Part shown: one piece after another, positions 60,576 to 64,000 of the stretch
Layout of the letters: each line of letters begins with the position of its first letter
How positions within the stretch are numbered: the stretch's first letter is position 1
Source: Eukaryota sp. TZLM1-RC
Taxonomy: Eukaryota; Protista; Metamonada: BaSk clade
NCBI GenBank assembly: GCA_040285825.1
Contig: JAUPSS010000002.1
Location: 1,488,001-1,552,000, forward strand
Reading direction: 5' to 3'
DNA: 64,000 nt
Program-made: the position numbers and the translations under genes
Notes under the pieces: generated by a model
Seen by the model: only the letters and a program-made list of their open reading frames with translations
Database searches by the model: none
What the model was told of the DNA's origin: nothing

Positions 60576-63002
60576 TTATGTGAAGCAATCAATGTTATTA
60601 AATTGAGATAAAGATTCTTGAATTTCTCTGGCAATTTGGTAAAAAATGCTACTGTTTGCCTTGTTAACGTAGTTATTAATGAATCGAATAGAGAATGTTG
60701 ATGTTGGCTTTTTTGATTTTTTCAACCAATTTACGATACAAGAAATAAATTCAAGTAGATCTTCACTCAGTTGCAGATTGAGAGCATTATTGAAACAATG
60801 TTCATTGAAAGGTTCTTCTAATAAATGAAAAACGGGAATTAATTCCTTCTGATAATGCAAAATCAAATTAATGTCAGACAATATAAAAGAACTTACAAGC
60901 GAACAAAGAAGAGGATTGTTGTCTTCAACAAAAACAGTGACCAAAGTTTTGAAATGCTTTGGTTCCAATTTGAGTGGAAAGTATGTATTAGCTTTGAGAA
61001 GAGAAACATAAATACTGAAAGTAGATGGACAAAGGACACATGGCACAATGGATAAAAGAATTTCTAACTTGAAACTACAGCTTGGAAGAAAAGAATCAAA
61101 GAATAACAAAATAGAAAGAAAGTGTAAAAGATCTTGACCTTTTAATTCGCAGACCAAAGGATACACAAAGTAAGTAATATTTTCAAATATTTTCTGAGGA
61201 ATCTTGAAGAAAAGTTGATTGCAAGAATGATATTTTGCCACATGGAAATTAATTAACTCACTGGAAAAATGAGAAGAATTAGAATGTGCAAAGGAAAACA
61301 AAAAAGTAAAAAATTGTTTTAAACAAACGAAATCACTGATCGGAATGGAATTAAATAAACTGAGATAAGTGGGATTAAATTCTGGTGAATTATTCAAATA
61401 GATAAATTTGTTTAATTGAATTCTATAAAAAACATTCTGCTCAATAAACGAAGTTGCTTTTAAATCAGAAATGAAAGAATAAATAGAAGAATCAAAACTT
61501 TCAAGATTAATAAAATTACTTGAATAATAATGGAACTCAATTAAATCTGCAGAAATTTCATCACAAAGAGGGTAATTCTTTAAATAAGAGTCGACTGTTC
61601 TCACAAAGCTTTTGATATTTCTTGACAAACTTTCAAATTTCTGTAAATTAATGAAATCATTGCTACAAAAAGTATTGAAGGTCTTCAACACCAAAGGCAG
61701 GGAAAGCTGGTCTAATTCGCTCAGTTTAATATCAAAAACTCTCAAAGCCAATGAAGAAAAATAAAGCGAATTGGTGTCATTGATTTGAGTAAGACTAAAT
61801 TTAAATATTGAATGAATAATAAACAGAAATGGATCATCAAGACCACCAATTCCAAATTGATTTACATAAAGAAGAGCTTCATTGAGAAATCCCCCTTTTT
61901 GAATTAAAAAACTAATTGCTAATGAATTGAAATAATCAAAACCATATTGACTAAGGGAATAATTTAAAAAATTAGGAACTTCAATATTACTTAAAGACAA
62001 AGCAGTAACTATAGAATTGATGGGAAGTTTTGAATTAAAGGTCGATTGACAATCAATTAAATCAACAACAGAAGAACTTAATGACTTATTAAATAATATT
62101 AAAATAGATAAAATAGAGGAAAATCTATCACACAAAGAATAATTCTGCAATACGGAATACCAAACTTGTTGTAAAGGAACTCTTACAAAAAATGTAGCAG
62201 CTTGGACCAAAATCAATGAGTGTGTCAGCTCAAAAAGTGACGGATCAGGATCACTACTTGACTCGACTTTTGATTGAAACTGTTTCAATAAATTCTCGTA
62301 CTCGTCCTCTGACACGAAGTTTCCAATAACAAAAGAATGAGCCAAGTCATGGTAACTTGGCCATTTAAAACAACAATTAATAATGATAAATAATGTTTCA
62401 ACAACATTGACTAACAAAGAAAAGTCCTTGGAAGTCAATAGACTACAAATCAACTCAACAAGTCTAGAACTAGCAACAAAATACAAGAATTCGCCCAACT
62501 CATTCTCCTTTAGATTGCTTATGATCCTTCCAATTGTTTTAACTCCAACAACAACCTGTGGAATGTATTCGGAAGAGCAGTAGAGAGCTAAATCATGGAG
62601 AGTGTATCCAGCAAGGTCTTCAGTTGAGGAGTGGTGATGGAGACCTCGTGAAATGGGGACATCTGTTAGAGGGGAAACAGGAAGACCATTGAAGTCAAAG
62701 CGGGTGGCTAGTATACGGTCATACCATGGAAGTGATGAAAGTGAAGTCTGAGAAGGAAAAGTAAGATTGTTAGTCCATTGTAACTTGTTTATATCAGTAA
62801 GAGTGAGAGATGCAAGTAAGTCCTCAGCAGATGTCGAAGGTGTGGTAGACTTCTTAGGTGAGGTTGTTGTTGTGACTGGTTCATTTCTACTGTACAGTTT
62901 CTTTGGTTTTGGAAAAGAGCCTTTCTTTATGTTGATGGGTTGTGGAGGAGCAGAAGGTCGTTCAACAATGTCCTTCACAATGTCACACTGTACATGGTCC
63001 AT
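60576..63002 (-). CDS. RPAP1: RNA polymerase II-associated protein 1 / Rba50-like
   Basis: IVERP, KLQW, RFDFNG, P..RGLHHH...AGYTL.DL....S....Q. Confidence 0.85.
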   Translation of the reverse strand: MDHVQCDIVKDIVERPSAPPQPINIKKGSFPKPKKLYSRNEPVTTTTSPKKSTTPSTSAEDLLASLTLTDINKLQWTNNLTFPSQTSLSSLPWYDRILATRFDFNGLPVSPLTDVPISRGLHHHSSTEDLAGYTLHDLALYCSSEYIPQVVVGVKTIGRIISNLKENELGEFLYFVASSRLVELICSLLTSKDFSLLVNVVETLFIIINCCFKWPSYHDLAHSFVIGNFVSEDEYENLLKQFQSKVESSSDPDPSLFELTHSLILVQAATFFVRVPLQQVWYSVLQNYSLCDRFSSILSILILFNKSLSSSVVDLIDCQSTFNSKLPINSIVTALSLSNIEVPNFLNYSLSQYGFDYFNSLAISFLIQKGGFLNEALLYVNQFGIGGLDDPFLFIIHSIFKFSLTQINDTNSLYFSSLALRVFDIKLSELDQLSLPLVLKTFNTFCSNDFINLQKFESLSRNIKSFVRTVDSYLKNYPLCDEISADLIEFHYYSSNFINLESFDSSIYSFISDLKATSFIEQNVFYRIQLNKFIYLNNSPEFNPTYLSLFNSIPISDFVCLKQFFTFLFSFAHSNSSHFSSELINFHVAKYHSCNQLFFKIPQKIFENITYFVYPLVCELKGQDLLHFLSILLFFDSFLPSCSFKLEILLSIVPCVLCPSTFSIYVSLLKANTYFPLKLEPKHFKTLVTVFVEDNNPLLCSLVSSFILSDINLILHYQKELIPVFHLLEEPFNEHCFNNALNLQLSEDLLEFISCIVNWLKKSKKPTSTFSIRFINNYVNKANSSIFYQIAREIQESLSQFNNIDCFT

Positions 63003-63102
63003 TGTTACAGATATTGTCTATAACAATGAAATGAGATGTAGAGGGATTGAGTTTTTGAGAAGTGGAAGATTTTCTCCTTGATACCTTTTCTTTGAACCTT
63101 CA

Positions 63103-63699
63103 TCAACCTTGTCTATCTTCACCTTTTACATTTGCTTCCATCACTGCCAACATATTCAGCGAAGCATTTCGATTTCTATTCCACACACTTTCGCATGATT
63201 TACACATGGTAAGCCCGTGACGAATAGGCATCTCATGCCTCTTCCATGGCCTTGGATTTGTGCACCATCGGAATGTTTCAACTGTTTTCTCCGCTTTCTT
63301 GCAGTTGAAACAACAGCAACTGGTTCGAAACTCATCAATCAAAAAGACCTTATAACCAGCCTTTTTAAATAAATTTCTCAAACCTTTTCCTTTGGTAGGT
63401 TCTTTGAATTTCATGTGTTTTCGTTGTTCCCAGTCTCCTATTCCAATAACTACTGGGCTGGGATCACCAATAACTGATTTGAATCTCTGAATCATCTTCG
63501 CCTCAGATCTTGTGCGATTAATCTCAGCCCACCATCTTAGTTTCCTAAATATTTTTTGATGATAGACTTCACAAACAATACTATTCACAAAATTCTTTTG
63601 TTTAATATATGCCATAAATCTATCAAACCTGCAGTTTTTGGAATTGAATTGGGATAATGTTGTTTCCCATTCTGCTACAGATTTAGTTTTTTTGATCAT
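63103..63699 (-). pseudogene. Fanzor1 C-terminal half (locus 6)
   Basis: FRKLRW...RSEAKMI..F, VIGIGDW, EPTKGKGLR..F...GY.V.LIDEFRTSCCCFNC, NPRPW, HGL..CKSC..VWNRNRNASLN. Confidence 0.88.
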
Positions 63700-64000
63700 T
63701 GTTAGTCAAATCTAATGAGTAATCAATTTCGTGGGGAATATTGATTTCTTGAGGTACTTCACCTCTTAATAAACTAATTGTTCTTTCAGTCATTTGATTA
63801 ATTATACTGCTGTTTAATTCCTTCCATTGTTGTTGCTCTTCAGATGGTTCATAATTGGATAGATCAATCACTCTACCAGTAGAGTTACTTATTGTGATAA
63901 GAGTGTCTTTTCGTGAGATGTCTCATATTTTTTTGAATTTGGAACTTTTCGACTGAAATCAATTTTGAGTGTACCTGAATACTTATCTCTCTCAGATTTT

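Overview
Compact, AT-rich eukaryotic DNA using the standard genetic code. It is probably from a metamonad-like protist: two 31-nt introns have GTATGT donors and a branch point next to the acceptor. Mostly intronless host genes (SSNA1, CNB-PDE, TAF1B/Rrn7, kleisin-like, GNAT, EMC1-like, YdjM-like, a 66-aa-repeat giant protein, NOL11-like, CNPY, RPAP1) are interspersed with many mobile elements. These include a 17-copy ~569-bp satellite made from a Ty3/Gypsy gag segment with a 3-mer higher-order structure, the parent Gypsy element split by an RLE-type non-LTR retrotransposon (15-bp TSD), a deleted chromovirus with 82-bp LTRs, further RLE-LINE copies, hAT and MULE relics, and at least six Fanzor (eukaryotic TnpB) loci, several followed by structured omegaRNA-like tails. 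The main finding is a pair of divergent, head-to-head loci (34217-30883 minus; ~34300-40260 plus, split by the LTR element). In each, a family-B-polymerase-type DEDDy 3'-5' exonuclease domain (ExoI/II/III, no polymerase palm) runs directly into a Fanzor1, and both carry Asn at the RuvC-III catalytic Asp. This suggests an exonuclease-Fanzor fusion family, seen here only as decayed copies. All protein assignments come from motif recognition by eye; no database searches were run.
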